A stretch of 64,000 bases of DNA from Syntrophorhabdaceae bacterium (GTDB lineage Bacteria > Desulfobacterota > Syntrophorhabdia > Syntrophorhabdales > Syntrophorhabdaceae), in the NCBI GenBank assembly GCA_963666485.2, contig CAXXUO010000002.1, positions 576,001 through 640,000 of the forward strand, written 5' to 3'. The notes below the pieces were generated by a model. The model ran no database searches. It was given only the letters and a program-made list of their open reading frames with translations, and had not been told where the DNA came from. Below are positions 1 through 10,313 of the stretch, one piece after another. Position numbers and translations under genes: made by a program. Numbering within the stretch: position 1 is the first letter of the stretch; every line of letters begins with the position of its first letter.

Positions 1-227
1 ATGGCCTCGATGCGCTGCTCGGGAAGGGATGCCCGCAGGTCATAATCATCCATGTTGCCCCTCACGGCACGGACATCCCAGTTCGACAGGAAATCGAGAA
101 CACTCGACGACGTCATGTCGCCCGCATGCAGAACGACCTCGACGTTGGCGAAGAATTCCCTCATGTTTTTCCTGAAATTATCTGTAGGATGCGTCAGATG
201 TGTATCGGAAATGACCCCAATCTTCAT
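1..227 (-). CDS. Metallophosphoesterase (YfcE/MJ0936-like), partial, runs off the window start
   Basis: Manual translation MKIGVISDTH...VLHAGD...AVRGNMD has the calcineurin-like DxH, GD and GN motifs. Not in the ORF track. Confidence 0.85.
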   Translation of the reverse strand, partial: MKIGVISDTHLTHPTDNFRKNMREFFANVEVVLHAGDMTSSSVLDFLSNWDVRAVRGNMDDYDLRASLPEQRIEA

Positions 228-356
228 GCGATGATTAACTCTATAAGAAAACAGGGTTACTGTCAAAAATAAAAGAGGAACGAAGAAAATGGGTGATGGG
301 TGACGGGATCGGGAATTGAAATCTTTGTCTGAAACTTGGAATTCTTCTTTTTAGAA

Positions 357-424
357 CCTTGGATCCCGGTGTCAAGCACCGGGATGACGGGTGAGAGAAT
401 CCCGGTGTCAGCACCGGGATGACG
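357..424. repeat. Two tandem CGTC-type REP hairpins
   Basis: ccttggatcccggtgtcaagcaccgggatgacg followed by atcccggtgtcagcaccgggatgacg; the same unit recurs across the window. Confidence 0.85.
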
Positions 425-435
425 ACCCGGTTTTT

Positions 436-466
436 ACGTGGAACGTGGAACCTGGAACCTGGAACC
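436..466. repeat. Heptamer tandem array (gtggaac/ctggaac)x4
   Basis: acgtggaacgtggaacctggaacctggaacc read directly. Confidence 0.9.
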
Positions 467-492
467 GCCCGCGGACAGCGGGCGCATCCTCA

Positions 493-522
493 TTGACATG
501 ACGCCGTGCTCGATGTTAGACT
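493..522 (+). promoter_or_regulatory. Putative sigma70 promoter of lptFG, probably leaderless
   Basis: TTGACA-N18-TAGACT with extended TG; ATG 528 lies 5 nt downstream with no SD. Confidence 0.5.
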
Positions 523-527
523 AGGTG

Positions 528-1709
528 ATGAAATTATTCAGGAAAATCCCTTTAAAGTTCAATATATACCTTTTAAAGGAGCTTTCCTATATTCTCTTTC
601 TCTCGCTCGGCATTCTGACCTTCATCCTCGTCCTGTCACGCCTCGGAAAAATTGCCGACCTTGTGATCAATAAAGGTGTTGGTCTCAGGGATATTCTCTT
701 CCTTGTTGCCTTTTCGATCCCGCCTTACCTGACGTTCACGCTTCCCATGGCCTTTCTTCTCTCGGTCATCGTCGTGCTGGGCAGGCTCTCCACGGAGAAC
801 GAGGTGCTTGCGTTGAAGGCGAGCGGGGTAAACCTCAAATGGCTCCTTGTTCCCATCGCAGCGCTAAGCCTTGTCATCACGACCTGCGGCCTCTTGAACA
901 CGAACTTCCTTCTGCCCCAGTGCAGCGGGCTCTTCAGGGAAACCCTTATTAATGTCATCAGGAAGGGTATATCCGTCGACGACAAGGAAGGCGTGTTCAA
1001 TGACAGCGTGCCGGGCGTCGTCATTTACATAAATAAGGTGGATACGCACAAGAGACTATTGACCGGGATCGTCGTTTCGGACGACCGCGACAAGAACGTC
1101 AAACAGACCATAACAGCCCAGAACGGCTACGTGAATATCGATCCTGATACGTTCGAACTGTATTTTCTCCTGAAGAACGGCAGTATGCATCGCTGGGAAA
1201 AATTGACTGATACCTACAGGAATGTGAATTTCCAGGACTATACCTTCGCTATGAACCTGTCGCAATTGATACAGACCGGCGGAGTGACGAGGAAATTGCC
1301 CTATGAGATGGGGCACAATGAATTAAAAAAGACGCTTGCCAAAACAGCGAACCAGAACGATCGGTACGACCTGCTCCTCGAGATCTACAAAAAATTCTCA
1401 TTACCATTATCTTCGCTCGCATTTATATTCCTGACCGTTCCACTGGGTGTCAGGCGCAAGGCGGAGGGGAAATTCTCGGGCACGCTCTACAGTCTGCTCC
1501 TTTTTGTCTTTTATTATATCCTGATGGCCATGATGGACAGCTTTGGAAAAAATGCAAATATCCCGCCAAACATCATCACGTTTTTTCCGAACATCATCAT
1601 TACCCTTTTTGGCTTATATTTGCTGAGAAATATCAATAAAGAAGATCACGTTACCCTGTACCAGAGAATGAAATACCTGTGGGCTTATTGCTGTGAAAAA
1701 ATTAAATAG
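528..1709 (+). CDS. lptF: LPS export ABC permease LptF
   Basis: YjgP/YjgQ architecture: 3 TM, periplasmic domain, 3 TM; LGRLSTENEVLALKASG motif; paired with lptG. Confidence 0.9.
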   Translation: MKLFRKIPLKFNIYLLKELSYILFLSLGILTFILVLSRLGKIADLVINKGVGLRDILFLVAFSIPPYLTFTLPMAFLLSVIVVLGRLSTENEVLALKASGVNLKWLLVPIAALSLVITTCGLLNTNFLLPQCSGLFRETLINVIRKGISVDDKEGVFNDSVPGVVIYINKVDTHKRLLTGIVVSDDRDKNVKQTITAQNGYVNIDPDTFELYFLLKNGSMHRWEKLTDTYRNVNFQDYTFAMNLSQLIQTGGVTRKLPYEMGHNELKKTLAKTANQNDRYDLLLEIYKKFSLPLSSLAFIFLTVPLGVRRKAEGKFSGTLYSLLLFVFYYILMAMMDSFGKNANIPPNIITFFPNIIITLFGLYLLRNINKEDHVTLYQRMKYLWAYCCEKIK

Positions 1710-2772
1710 ATACATTTTATCGAGCGCCGTCAAATATCTGCTTGTCTGTCAACTTGCGGGGATCAGTCTTTTTCTCCTGATCGAGTTCTTTCAGCACACC
1801 GACCGTTTCACCGTCTCCGTGCACGCCTTCTTGATGGTCGTAACGTACGTGCTTCTCCTCATTCCCGGTTATTTCAACCTGATCCTCCCGCTCACATTTC
1901 TCATTTCCATGCTTATCGTATTGATCCTCATGATCCGCGGGAACGAGATGATAGTCGCCCGGACATCGGGTATCAGCACGCTCTCCCTCATGAAGCCCTT
2001 TGTCGGGTTCTCCGTTGTGCTTGTCCTCGTCTCGTTCGTCCTCGCCGAATGGGTGATCCCCCTGTCGGCAAATGCGTCAAACTACATCTACCAGGTCAAG
2101 ATCAAAGGTGAGGAATCCCACATATTCATAAAAAACGACAGGATATGGTTCAAAAGAGACAGGTTGATATGTAATATTGATTATTATGATACAAAAAAGG
2201 ATATAATCAAGGGATTGACGGTCCTGGAACTGAACCCTGATTTTTCAGTGCGGAAACGGACCGATGCGGCCGAGGGAAAATGGGTGGACGGCTCCTGGCG
2301 TTTCAGCGGGATATCCGTCAGGACGTTCGAGAAGAACGGGAACATCACGAAGAAGTCGTACCCCGTGATGAGCAATTTGATCGATGAGCCGCCATCCGTA
2401 TTCAAGGTGGCGGAGCGCAACCCCGAAGAAATGAGTTATCGGGAACTGAGGCGCTATATTTCGAGGCTGAGAGAGGACGGTCACGACGTGAGGAGATACC
2501 TCGTCGACCTTTACAACAAGATAGCTTTCCCCTTTATCAATCTCATCATGGTCTTTGCAGCGTTCTCCGTGGGTTTGAGGTACGCAAAGACAAAGCATGT
2601 ATCGAAAGGCATCTTCGGCGGGATACTGGTCGGCGCGACGTACTGGCTCTTCCATTCGATCTCGTTGTCACTCGGTTATTCGGAGATCTTTCCGCCCCTG
2701 TTCTCTGCCTGGTTCTCCAACCTGCTTTTTATCGCGTCGGGCGTAATTGGTATCGTAACCTTGAGGACTTAG
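1693..2772 (+). CDS. lptG: LPS export ABC permease LptG
   Basis: Second YjgP/Q paralogue (RGNEMIVARTSGIS, PEEMSYRELRRYI); overlaps lptF. Confidence 0.9.
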   Translation: MKKLNRYILSSAVKYLLVCQLAGISLFLLIEFFQHTDRFTVSVHAFLMVVTYVLLLIPGYFNLILPLTFLISMLIVLILMIRGNEMIVARTSGISTLSLMKPFVGFSVVLVLVSFVLAEWVIPLSANASNYIYQVKIKGEESHIFIKNDRIWFKRDRLICNIDYYDTKKDIIKGLTVLELNPDFSVRKRTDAAEGKWVDGSWRFSGISVRTFEKNGNITKKSYPVMSNLIDEPPSVFKVAERNPEEMSYRELRRYISRLREDGHDVRRYLVDLYNKIAFPFINLIMVFAAFSVGLRYAKTKHVSKGIFGGILVGATYWLFHSISLSLGYSEIFPPLFSAWFSNLLFIASGVIGIVTLRT

Positions 2773-2809
2773 TTTATACTATGTACGGCTACAGGAAAGG
2801 AGTTTTGTT

Positions 2810-3286
2810 TTGCGAGCATACTTGGACATCGAAACGGACAGGAGCGGAAACATCTGCGTCATCGGCCTCCTCGTCGAGAACAACGGTTTTTTGCAGTGGT
2901 ATGGCGACGACATCTCGCCGGAAACGATCGAGCGGGAGCTCTTGAATGTAAAGACCATAGTCACATTCAACGGAGACCTGTTCGATCTGCCTCAAATGAA
3001 GAAATGCCTCAACATTGACCTGCAGTCCAATTTCAAATCCCGGGACCTTTTCAAGGACAAGAAAAAGCTCGGCATCAAGGGCGGACTCAAACAGCTGGAG
3101 AAGATGTTCGGCATCGAGCGCAAGACCGAAGGCGTCAACGGGTACCAGGCCATGTTCTTGTGGGAAAAGTACAAGAAATACGGCAACGAAGAAGCCCTGA
3201 AGCTCCTCCTGGAATACAACAAGGAAGACGTCGTCAACCTGCTCAAGCTCGAGGAGATCATGGATGACCTCGGGGGTGGATACTGA
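2810..3286 (+). CDS. RNase H-like / DEDD 3'-5' exonuclease domain protein (YprB/RNase_H_2-like)
   Basis: YLDIET, VTFNGDLFDLP, GGLKQLE and YNKEDV motifs; TTG start after AGGAG. Confidence 0.8.
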   Translation: MRAYLDIETDRSGNICVIGLLVENNGFLQWYGDDISPETIERELLNVKTIVTFNGDLFDLPQMKKCLNIDLQSNFKSRDLFKDKKKLGIKGGLKQLEKMFGIERKTEGVNGYQAMFLWEKYKKYGNEEALKLLLEYNKEDVVNLLKLEEIMDDLGGGY

Positions 3287-4003
3287 TGATCGAACAGAAT
3301 TTCGTACTCGATTCGCGGTACAACAGGATAAGCGGCATCATGGTGCTCCCGGGGGAGGACAGGCGTTATCCCTGCGCGATCCTTTCCCACGGCCTTATCA
3401 GCTCCAAGGAAAGCTCGAAATATATGGCGGTCTCCCAATCCTTTGCCGAGGCCGGGATCGCTTCCTGCCGTTTCGACTATCACGGGTGCGGTGAAAGCGG
3501 CGGGAACATCGAGGGAAACCACCCTCTCGATCAGGCTGGACAACCTCAACGCGATATTCGACCATGTCCTCGCCCATCCCGCGGTCGATCCCCAGCGGGT
3601 GGGCATCATAGGGAGCAGTTTCGGCGGCTCGACCGGCCTTTTAAAAGCGGCCCGGGATGAACGCGTAAGATGCCTCTCCCTGTGGGCAACCCCGCACATA
3701 CTCGACAGCAGCGAGGACGATACCATATCGGACATCAAGTTCAAAAAGGCAATATACACCGACTTCGCATCCTACGACCTGCTTGAGGAAGCGAAGAAGG
3801 TCCAGCGCACCCTCGTTATTCACGGCGACAGCGACGAGGTGGTCCCCTGCATCGAAGGAAAAACGATATACAAGTACCTCAAGAAGCCGAAGGCGATCGA
3901 GATCATCAAGGGAGGCGATCACATATTCTCCGTCGACGCCCACCGGATAAAGGCCATCACGCTGGGGCTGAACTGGTTTAGAAGATACTTGATCTCGGAC
4001 TAA
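3286..4003 (+). pseudogene. Alpha/beta hydrolase split by a one-base frameshift near 3513-3515 (pseudogene or sequencing error)
   Basis: N-half (HGLISSK, RFDYHGCGESGG) is in one frame; C-half (GSSFGG nucleophile, IHGDSDEVV, GGDH) is in the +1 frame. Removing one G from gagggaaacc joins them. Confidence 0.75.
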
Positions 4004-4009
4004 AAGACG

Positions 4010-4361
4010 GTTCAACCGTTCAACCGTTCAACCGTTCAACCGTTCAACGAAAAAGACAAAAAAACGGTTCAACGGGTCAACAGAAAAGACAAAAAAATGG
4101 TTCAATGGTTCAACGCTGATACGGCGAACCTGGCTTGTCCTCAATCCGGCGAAACACCTGCCGAATGCGTATAAAGCAGCAACATAAGCCACCTGTCGTC
4201 ATTCCGGCTTGCCGGAATCCAGCGTCTTTGTCTTTTCTTCCCGAGATACAATCTTAAATTACCGGCTTAGAAACACCAAAGACACTGGATTCCGCCGCAA
4301 AAGCCGGCGGAATGACGGAAGTGGGAAGCGTTGAACCGTTGAACTGTTGAACTGTTGAACG
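4010..4361. repeat. Cassette: inward-facing octamer arrays (gttcaacc)n / (gttgaacy)n enclosing an inverted REP doublet (4197-4317)
   Basis: Arrays at 4010-4049 and 4330-4361; REPs cgtcattccggcttgccggaatccag and ctggattccgcc...ggcggaatgacg. Confidence 0.85.
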
Positions 4362-4366
4362 GTCTT

Positions 4367-5059
4367 TTATTCTTTGTTGTGCTGTTTATCGTTCTTTAGC
4401 TTCACCCGATCCCGGATCAACTCGCCAAGGACGTTGCTAAGCCCTATTCCGAGCGCAAGCGACATGGTGAGGACGATTCCGCCGAATACGATGAGGAAAC
4501 TGACCGTGACTATCGTGTTGCCGAGGCCGATATATTCGAAGACGATGCCGAAGGTGATGACGATGAGGAGGATCCTCACGCCCTTGGCAATAAAGTCGCC
4601 GTACTTGATCTTTGCATTCTCGCACGTCAGGAAGATGATCCGTCCGATGAAGTTGCTGAATATGATCCCGATAATGAGGATGACGAGGGATACGATGATG
4701 TTCGGCAGGGCCGTCGATATGCGGGACGCGTACTCCGAGAACTGGGTAATGCCCATGTAATTCAGGCCGAATGACAGGAACAGGACGATAAAGACCCAGT
4801 AAACTATCTTGCTGAGAATGAGCGACGGAGGCGAATGAATGCCGCCTTTCTCGAGAAACGTGACGATCCCGGCATCCTGGGCCCATTTATCGAACCGGAA
4901 CAGGACCAGGGCCTTGCCCAGCAGCTTCTTTATGAACCAGCTGATGATGAAGCCCAGTATCATCACGATGACCATCACGAGGATACTGAGAAAGACCTCC
5001 TGGAAATTGTCGAACAGGTCCAGGAACATGTCCTGGAAAAACTTCATGATCTCTTGCAT
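4367..5059 (-). CDS. Multi-TM membrane protein, MscS-associated TM_helix/CmpX-like
   Basis: Repeated LPNIIVSLVILIIG-type helices and a C-terminal LALGIG motif. Confidence 0.65.
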   Translation of the reverse strand: MQEIMKFFQDMFLDLFDNFQEVFLSILVMVIVMILGFIISWFIKKLLGKALVLFRFDKWAQDAGIVTFLEKGGIHSPPSLILSKIVYWVFIVLFLSFGLNYMGITQFSEYASRISTALPNIIVSLVILIIGIIFSNFIGRIIFLTCENAKIKYGDFIAKGVRILLIVITFGIVFEYIGLGNTIVTVSFLIVFGGIVLTMSLALGIGLSNVLGELIRDRVKLKNDKQHNKE

Positions 5060-5188
5060 GCGAATATATTATGCAAGGTGTCACCGCCTGTCAATGGAAA
5101 TAGGGGGTATGCAAATTTTTTTGTTGACATTCCTCATTGATTCGTTTAGGAAATTGTGTATTTTAAAAACCGAAAGGAGGGATTATTC

Positions 5189-5362
5189 ATGCCTGCAAAA
5201 GTTGACCAAGATGCCTGCACAGGATGCGGAGCCTGTTCAGAGATCTGCCCCGCCGATGCTATCAGTGTCGATGACACAGCAAAGGTCGATCCCGAACTCT
5301 GCACAGAATGCGGTGCGTGCACAGAAGAATGTCCTGTTGAAGCCATTTCGCTGGACGAGTAA
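5189..5362 (+). CDS. 2[4Fe-4S] ferredoxin
   Basis: Two CxxCxxCxxxCP motifs; SD AGGAGG before ATG 5189. Confidence 0.92.
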   Translation: MPAKVDQDACTGCGACSEICPADAISVDDTAKVDPELCTECGACTEECPVEAISLDE

Positions 5363-5386
5363 TTAATCTTCCGGATTAATTCCACA

Positions 5387-5424
5387 AAATAAAAGGATGA
5401 GGTGAAAACCCCATCCTTTTATTT
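5387..5424. terminator. Bidirectional intrinsic terminator
   Basis: Hairpin aaataaaaggatg...catccttttattt between convergent genes. Confidence 0.7.
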
Positions 5425-5445
5425 ATCCTCTTATGTAATTTCCGC

Positions 5446-7464
5446 TTATTCCATACCCTTCACGATGAGTTCTGAAAGGTCCATTGCCTTCATGGTCTCG
5501 ACCTTTTCCTTGTCCTTGATCGCGTCTTCCATCATGATAAGGCAGTACGGGCATGCCGTTACGACGGTGCCTGCCTGGATGGCGATGGCCTCATCGATCC
5601 TGGCGTGGTTGATGCGCTTGTGGTGTTCTTCCATCCACATCCCGCCGCCGCCGCCGCCGCAGCAGAAGCTCCGGTTGTGGTTCCTTTCCATCTCTTCGTA
5701 GGACCCCTTCGTTGCTTTCTTGACGAGGCTTCTCGGCTCTTCGAATATGCCGTTGGCCCTGCCGAGGTAGCACGGGTCATGGAAGGTGACCTTCCCTTCG
5801 ACGGCCGGGTTGATCTTCACTTTGCCTTCGCGCATGAGCTTGGCGAGGAATTCTCCCTGGTGGTAGACCTCGAAGTTGCCGCCGAGCTGCGCGTAATCTT
5901 TCTTGAGGGTCGTGTAGCAGTGCGGGCAGGTCGTTATGATCTTCTTGATGCCGATCTCGTTCATCATCTCTATGTTGCCCTGGGCCAGGCCGAGGTAGTT
6001 CTCTTCGTTGCCGCAGCGCCGTGACGGGTCCCCGCAGCACATTTCATCCGTACCGAGGATGCCGAAGTTGATACCGGCCTGGTTCAATATCGTGGCGAAT
6101 GCACGGGCGACCTTCCTGTTCCTGTCGTCGAGCGATGCGACGCACCCGACCCAGTACAGGTAGTCAACTTCCTGCTCTGCAGCGTTCCTGATCTCGAGGC
6201 CTTCCGTCCATCCCAGCCTTTCCTTCTTGCCCATGCCGTACGGGTTCGAGTTCTTCATGAGGTTCTTGAAGAGGAGCTTGGTGTCGGATGTCGTCTTGCT
6301 GAGCGTCAGGGTGAGGTAGCGTCTCATTTCGATGTTCTTGTCGATGGTCGGTATCGAGACCGGGCAGTTGACCTGGCAGGCAAGGCAGTTCGTGCATGAC
6401 CAGAGGGTCTGTTCCTCGATGACGGTATCGATCATGCCGTCCTCATTCTTGGCTCCGCCGTTGGCTACGCGTTCCCATTCACCTTTCAGGTCCTGGATAA
6501 ATTTTTTCGGTGAAAGGGGCTTTTCGGTGGCGTACGCAGGGCAGAGGTCCTGGCAACGGCCGCAGCGCGTACATGCATCGAAATCGAATATCTGCCGCCA
6601 GGTGAAACCGTCGATCTGGTTGATACCGAATTCCTCGGCGTTCTCAAAGTCTTCTATAGGCTGCAGCGCACCGCGGTCCGCCTCGGGGACGTCCTCGATG
6701 CCCCTGAACATCATGTTCAGTGAAGAGGTGATGAGGTGGAGCATTCTCGAGTAGACGATATAGGCGAGGAAACCGAAGGACAGGACCATGTGGATGTACC
6801 ACATCGCCATGTGTGTCGCTTTGATCGACTCAGCGGGCAGTCCGACAAAGATATATCCCGCGAGCCATCCCAGGAAGCTCCACTTTTCATACGCGTACGC
6901 CGGGTCATTCATGAACGCGGCGATCCTTGCGCCTTCGGCCAGGAAGCCGGTCACGAGGACAACGAGAATCCAGGCCAGTACGATGCCGTCATCCGGCTTC
7001 GTGTCGAGGCGGTCAGGCTTGACGACGTAGCGCCTGTAGATGGCCATCAGGATGCCGATGATCGCGGCAAGGCCGCCAACCTCGAGCAGGAATGAGAAGA
7101 TGAGGTAAAAGCCGCCCTTCAAGAATTTTACCTTGAACAGGAGGTCCGTAAAGTCAGCCTGGATCGCGACGAGGGCCGTTCCGACCGAGAGGATCAGGAA
7201 GCCCCAGAAGATGAAGAAATGCATCCAGCCGGGGAAGGCTTCACGCAGGATCGATTTATGGAAAATGCCGTTGGCGATGAAATACCCGATGCGCTCGCCA
7301 AGCCTTTTCTTGAAATCTATGGCGGCCGGTTTCCCGATTTTCCACATTGCGTACCGTTTCTTTAAACCTAGGATCAGAATGATCGCGGTAATGATCAAGA
7401 ACGCATAACTGACGTATTGCCCCGTATGTCCTACGTTCCACATTATTTCTCGTCCGACATCCAT
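5446..7464 (-). CDS. Membrane-bound heterodisulfide-reductase-like FeS oxidoreductase (NarI-like TM + 4Fe-4S + 2 CCG domains; FadF/DUF224 type)
   Basis: N-terminal TM helices with His, CTRCGRCQDLCP, CTNCLACQVNCP, MCCGDP, TCPHC, HDPCYL, FCCGGGG, ACPYC. Confidence 0.88.
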   Translation of the reverse strand: MDVGREIMWNVGHTGQYVSYAFLIITAIILILGLKKRYAMWKIGKPAAIDFKKRLGERIGYFIANGIFHKSILREAFPGWMHFFIFWGFLILSVGTALVAIQADFTDLLFKVKFLKGGFYLIFSFLLEVGGLAAIIGILMAIYRRYVVKPDRLDTKPDDGIVLAWILVVLVTGFLAEGARIAAFMNDPAYAYEKWSFLGWLAGYIFVGLPAESIKATHMAMWYIHMVLSFGFLAYIVYSRMLHLITSSLNMMFRGIEDVPEADRGALQPIEDFENAEEFGINQIDGFTWRQIFDFDACTRCGRCQDLCPAYATEKPLSPKKFIQDLKGEWERVANGGAKNEDGMIDTVIEEQTLWSCTNCLACQVNCPVSIPTIDKNIEMRRYLTLTLSKTTSDTKLLFKNLMKNSNPYGMGKKERLGWTEGLEIRNAAEQEVDYLYWVGCVASLDDRNRKVARAFATILNQAGINFGILGTDEMCCGDPSRRCGNEENYLGLAQGNIEMMNEIGIKKIITTCPHCYTTLKKDYAQLGGNFEVYHQGEFLAKLMREGKVKINPAVEGKVTFHDPCYLGRANGIFEEPRSLVKKATKGSYEEMERNHNRSFCCGGGGGGMWMEEHHKRINHARIDEAIAIQAGTVVTACPYCLIMMEDAIKDKEKVETMKAMDLSELIVKGME

Positions 7465-7528
7465 AAACTGAGCCTCCTGAGAGATTTTTGTATATTATCA
7501 TGGTAAAAGGCGTGTAAAATCAACAAAA

Positions 7529-7546
7529 ATGTGATTGATTTCACGA
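7529..7546. promoter_or_regulatory. Palindromic TF site, Rex- or CRP/FNR-like
   Basis: atGTGAttgattTCACga just upstream of the oxidoreductase promoter region. Confidence 0.4.
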
Positions 7547-7694
7547 AGGATCTGCTAAGTCAAGTCAAATCATCGGATTACAGTAAGTGAACCCTGAGAT
7601 TGCCGGATAATTTGGGCAAAAACGGGCGATTTTTCTTGACATAATTTCCTCTCAACTGGTATTTTACACCCTATAACAGCCAAAGAGGGGTTTC

Positions 7695-8615
7695 ATGCGA
7701 AGAAGCTTTGCTTTCTCTATATTCTGCCTCATCTTAATCTTCCTTGCATCACCTCTTATGACACACGCAGCACCAAGTAAAAACAAGGCAAAACAGAATT
7801 CCTCGAAAAACGTCACCAAGAAAAATTCATCGGCCAAGCAGTCAAAAACCCGGACAGCGAAAAAAAATAAACATTCTAAACATGCGTCGAGGGCACAGGC
7901 AGGGAAACCACAGGCAGAAGCTGTCATTTACGAAAGTGACGGTGAATACATCGAGTACAAGACCAAACGCGGCGATACGATAGACAAGGTCGCGGCCCTG
8001 TTCAGCGTCGAGAAAGACGAGCTTATCGAAACGAACAACCTTGCCTCCAACAAGAAACTCCCCGCGGGGACGACACTTTTGATCCCCAGGATAATAGAAG
8101 AGAATGACGACGGTGAAGAGATCGTCACCCTGAAAAGCATTCAGCTGAAGCCCTGGAAGAACAGCGACGAGAAATATATGCTCGTCAAGGTGGCCAAGAG
8201 CTTCATGGGCGCCCCGTACAAATACGGCGGCAATACTTTAAGGGGCCTTGACTGCTCGGCGTACGTCAAGAAGATCTACGAGATCTTCGATGTTCAGCTG
8301 CCGAGGAGCGCCCGCGAACAGTACCATGTGGGCACCAAGATCGGTAAGAGCGATCTCGCGGTCGGAGACCTCGTATTCTTCAAAACAAGGCGTTATGCCA
8401 AGTATCCCACCCATGTGGGCATCTTCATCGGCGACGGTAACTTCATCCATGCTTCATCCGGAAAGGGACGGTTGGGAGTGAAGATCGATTCCCTGGATTC
8501 CGACTACTACTCCGGGGCATACATTGGCGCGACCCGCATTAAGGGCGGCACCGACAATGCGAGCCGCGGCTCCGGCACCACCCCGGGCACAGACAAATCA
8601 AGCAATAATTCTTAA
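7695..8615 (+). CDS. LysM + NlpC/P60 peptidoglycan endopeptidase
   Basis: Signal peptide, Lys-rich linker, LysM (YKTKRGDT), GLDCSAY, HVGIFIG, FIHAS. Confidence 0.9.
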   Translation: MRRSFAFSIFCLILIFLASPLMTHAAPSKNKAKQNSSKNVTKKNSSAKQSKTRTAKKNKHSKHASRAQAGKPQAEAVIYESDGEYIEYKTKRGDTIDKVAALFSVEKDELIETNNLASNKKLPAGTTLLIPRIIEENDDGEEIVTLKSIQLKPWKNSDEKYMLVKVAKSFMGAPYKYGGNTLRGLDCSAYVKKIYEIFDVQLPRSAREQYHVGTKIGKSDLAVGDLVFFKTRRYAKYPTHVGIFIGDGNFIHASSGKGRLGVKIDSLDSDYYSGAYIGATRIKGGTDNASRGSGTTPGTDKSSNNS

Positions 8616-8624
8616 GTTTCTCAT

Positions 8625-9806
8625 GTGACCTCGCGAATTACCCCCGTTATTTTTGCACTGTTATTATACATAGCCGGGCATATTGCGCTGGCCGCGCGGT
8701 ATGAACCGATTGTTTCCTATTTCTTCGTAACATCGTGGTGGGCCTATCTCATCATGCTCGATTCCATCATTTCCCTGCGATCGGGCAAAATGATGTTCCT
8801 GAACAGGGAACTGCCCGAGATGGTCATCATCTCGTGCGGTTTCTGGTGTTTCTTCGAACTCGCCAATCTTCGATTGCAAGACTGGTTCTACATAAATATC
8901 CCTTTTCAGCCGTTCGTGCGGTATTCCGGTTATTTTCTCGCCTACGGGACGGTGATCCCGGCAATCTGCCTGACGGCAGCCGCCGTCGACCCCTTTTTTG
9001 CATCCTTAAGGACACGCCCGTTCACGGTCCGGTCTTATGCGGCACGGGCCATAACGGCGGGCGTCATCTTCTTTGTACTCGCCCTCATCCTGCCTGAATA
9101 TCTGTTCGGCCTGATATGGGTCTTCGGTATATTCCTGGTCGATGGCATCAATTATCGGGCCGGGTACCGGTCATTCATGGCAGATATCGAAAAGGGCGAT
9201 CCCGGACGGCTCCTTGGCGCTCTGACGGCGGGCCTTATCTGCGGCATACTCTGGGAAAGCTGGAATTCCATCTCCCCCGTACGGTGGGTCTACAGCGTCC
9301 CCTTCCTTGAAGGGATAAAGATATTCGAGATGCCCTTCGCCGGCTACATCGGTTTCCCGGTTTTTGCCGTAGAGACCGTTGCCTTTTTCAATCTCCTGCA
9401 AGGGATCCGGAAAAGGACCTCCGTGTACACCGCGCTCCTCAGTGCCGCGGTGATAATATCCGTCCTCGCCTTCGTGCTTATCGACCGTCACACTGTATTC
9501 TCTTACACGACCCCGGTTAAGGACCTGTCTTTCTTAGGGGAGGCAAGTAAGAAAAAAGCCATTGATTCAGGCGCGAAGACAAATATATCGATAGACCCGG
9601 CAGTGATCGAACCGGGAGACGCCGATGAATTGCGATTCGTAAATATGAAGGGCCTCGGATATGTCAATTACCTGAAATTGAAACGCGCCGGCGTCAACCG
9701 CGCACACGACCTCGCAAGGCTCGACGACCGCCGGTTCTCCCGCATCATCGGCGAGTCAAACCTGCGCCGGGTGCACGTCTATCAGGACACGGCGAAGAGA
9801 TATTGA
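8625..9806 (+). CDS. Polytopic membrane protein with C-terminal HhH-like (DUF4332-like) tail
   Basis: About 9 TM helices with repeated FE..N / WE.WN motifs; C-terminal KGLG...LKRAGV. Confidence 0.55.
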   Translation: MTSRITPVIFALLLYIAGHIALAARYEPIVSYFFVTSWWAYLIMLDSIISLRSGKMMFLNRELPEMVIISCGFWCFFELANLRLQDWFYINIPFQPFVRYSGYFLAYGTVIPAICLTAAAVDPFFASLRTRPFTVRSYAARAITAGVIFFVLALILPEYLFGLIWVFGIFLVDGINYRAGYRSFMADIEKGDPGRLLGALTAGLICGILWESWNSISPVRWVYSVPFLEGIKIFEMPFAGYIGFPVFAVETVAFFNLLQGIRKRTSVYTALLSAAVIISVLAFVLIDRHTVFSYTTPVKDLSFLGEASKKKAIDSGAKTNISIDPAVIEPGDADELRFVNMKGLGYVNYLKLKRAGVNRAHDLARLDDRRFSRIIGESNLRRVHVYQDTAKRY

Positions 9807-9848
9807 TTGTTGACATGGCGGTGCTTCTATGGTGAAATACGAACCACT

Positions 9849-10313
9849 ATGACGAGAAAAAAAGAAAAAGAGATCATCCATCGGCCCGATATATTGACCC
9901 AGGCCTACGAATGGGTCCTGATGTATATCCATGAAAACACCCGTCAATGCATCTACGGTCTGGTCGCGCTGTGCATCGTCGTCGCGGCGGTTGCATCCTT
10001 TTTTGTCTATTCCAATTACCAGGACAAAAAGATCCAATACCAGCTTTTCCAGGGGATCCAGGCCATGGACGGTTACGGTCAGACAAGGTCCCAGGAGTTT
10101 CTCGACAAAGCCGAAAATATATTCCAGAAGACCGCAAGCCAGGCAAGCGGCAAGCCCCGCTACATATCGAAGCTCTACCTCGCCAACATCACCATGATCA
10201 AGGGAAAGCGTGACGACGCGCTCAAGATGTACCAGGACGTTTCAAAAAATTCATCGAATGAAGTCCTCACGCAACTCGCGAACCAGGCGATAAAAAATCT
10301 CGAAAAGAAATAA
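9849..10313 (+). CDS. Single-TM TPR protein (YfgM-like)
   Basis: N-terminal TM anchor followed by helical TPR-like repeats. Confidence 0.65.
   Translation: MTRKKEKEIIHRPDILTQAYEWVLMYIHENTRQCIYGLVALCIVVAAVASFFVYSNYQDKKIQYQLFQGIQAMDGYGQTRSQEFLDKAENIFQKTASQASGKPRYISKLYLANITMIKGKRDDALKMYQDVSKNSSNEVLTQLANQAIKNLEKK

Noticed and set aside
3513..3519. G_GGA_AAC slippery heptamer as a programmed -1 frameshift
   Set aside because: The downstream half is in the +1 frame, so a -1 slip would not restore the protein.
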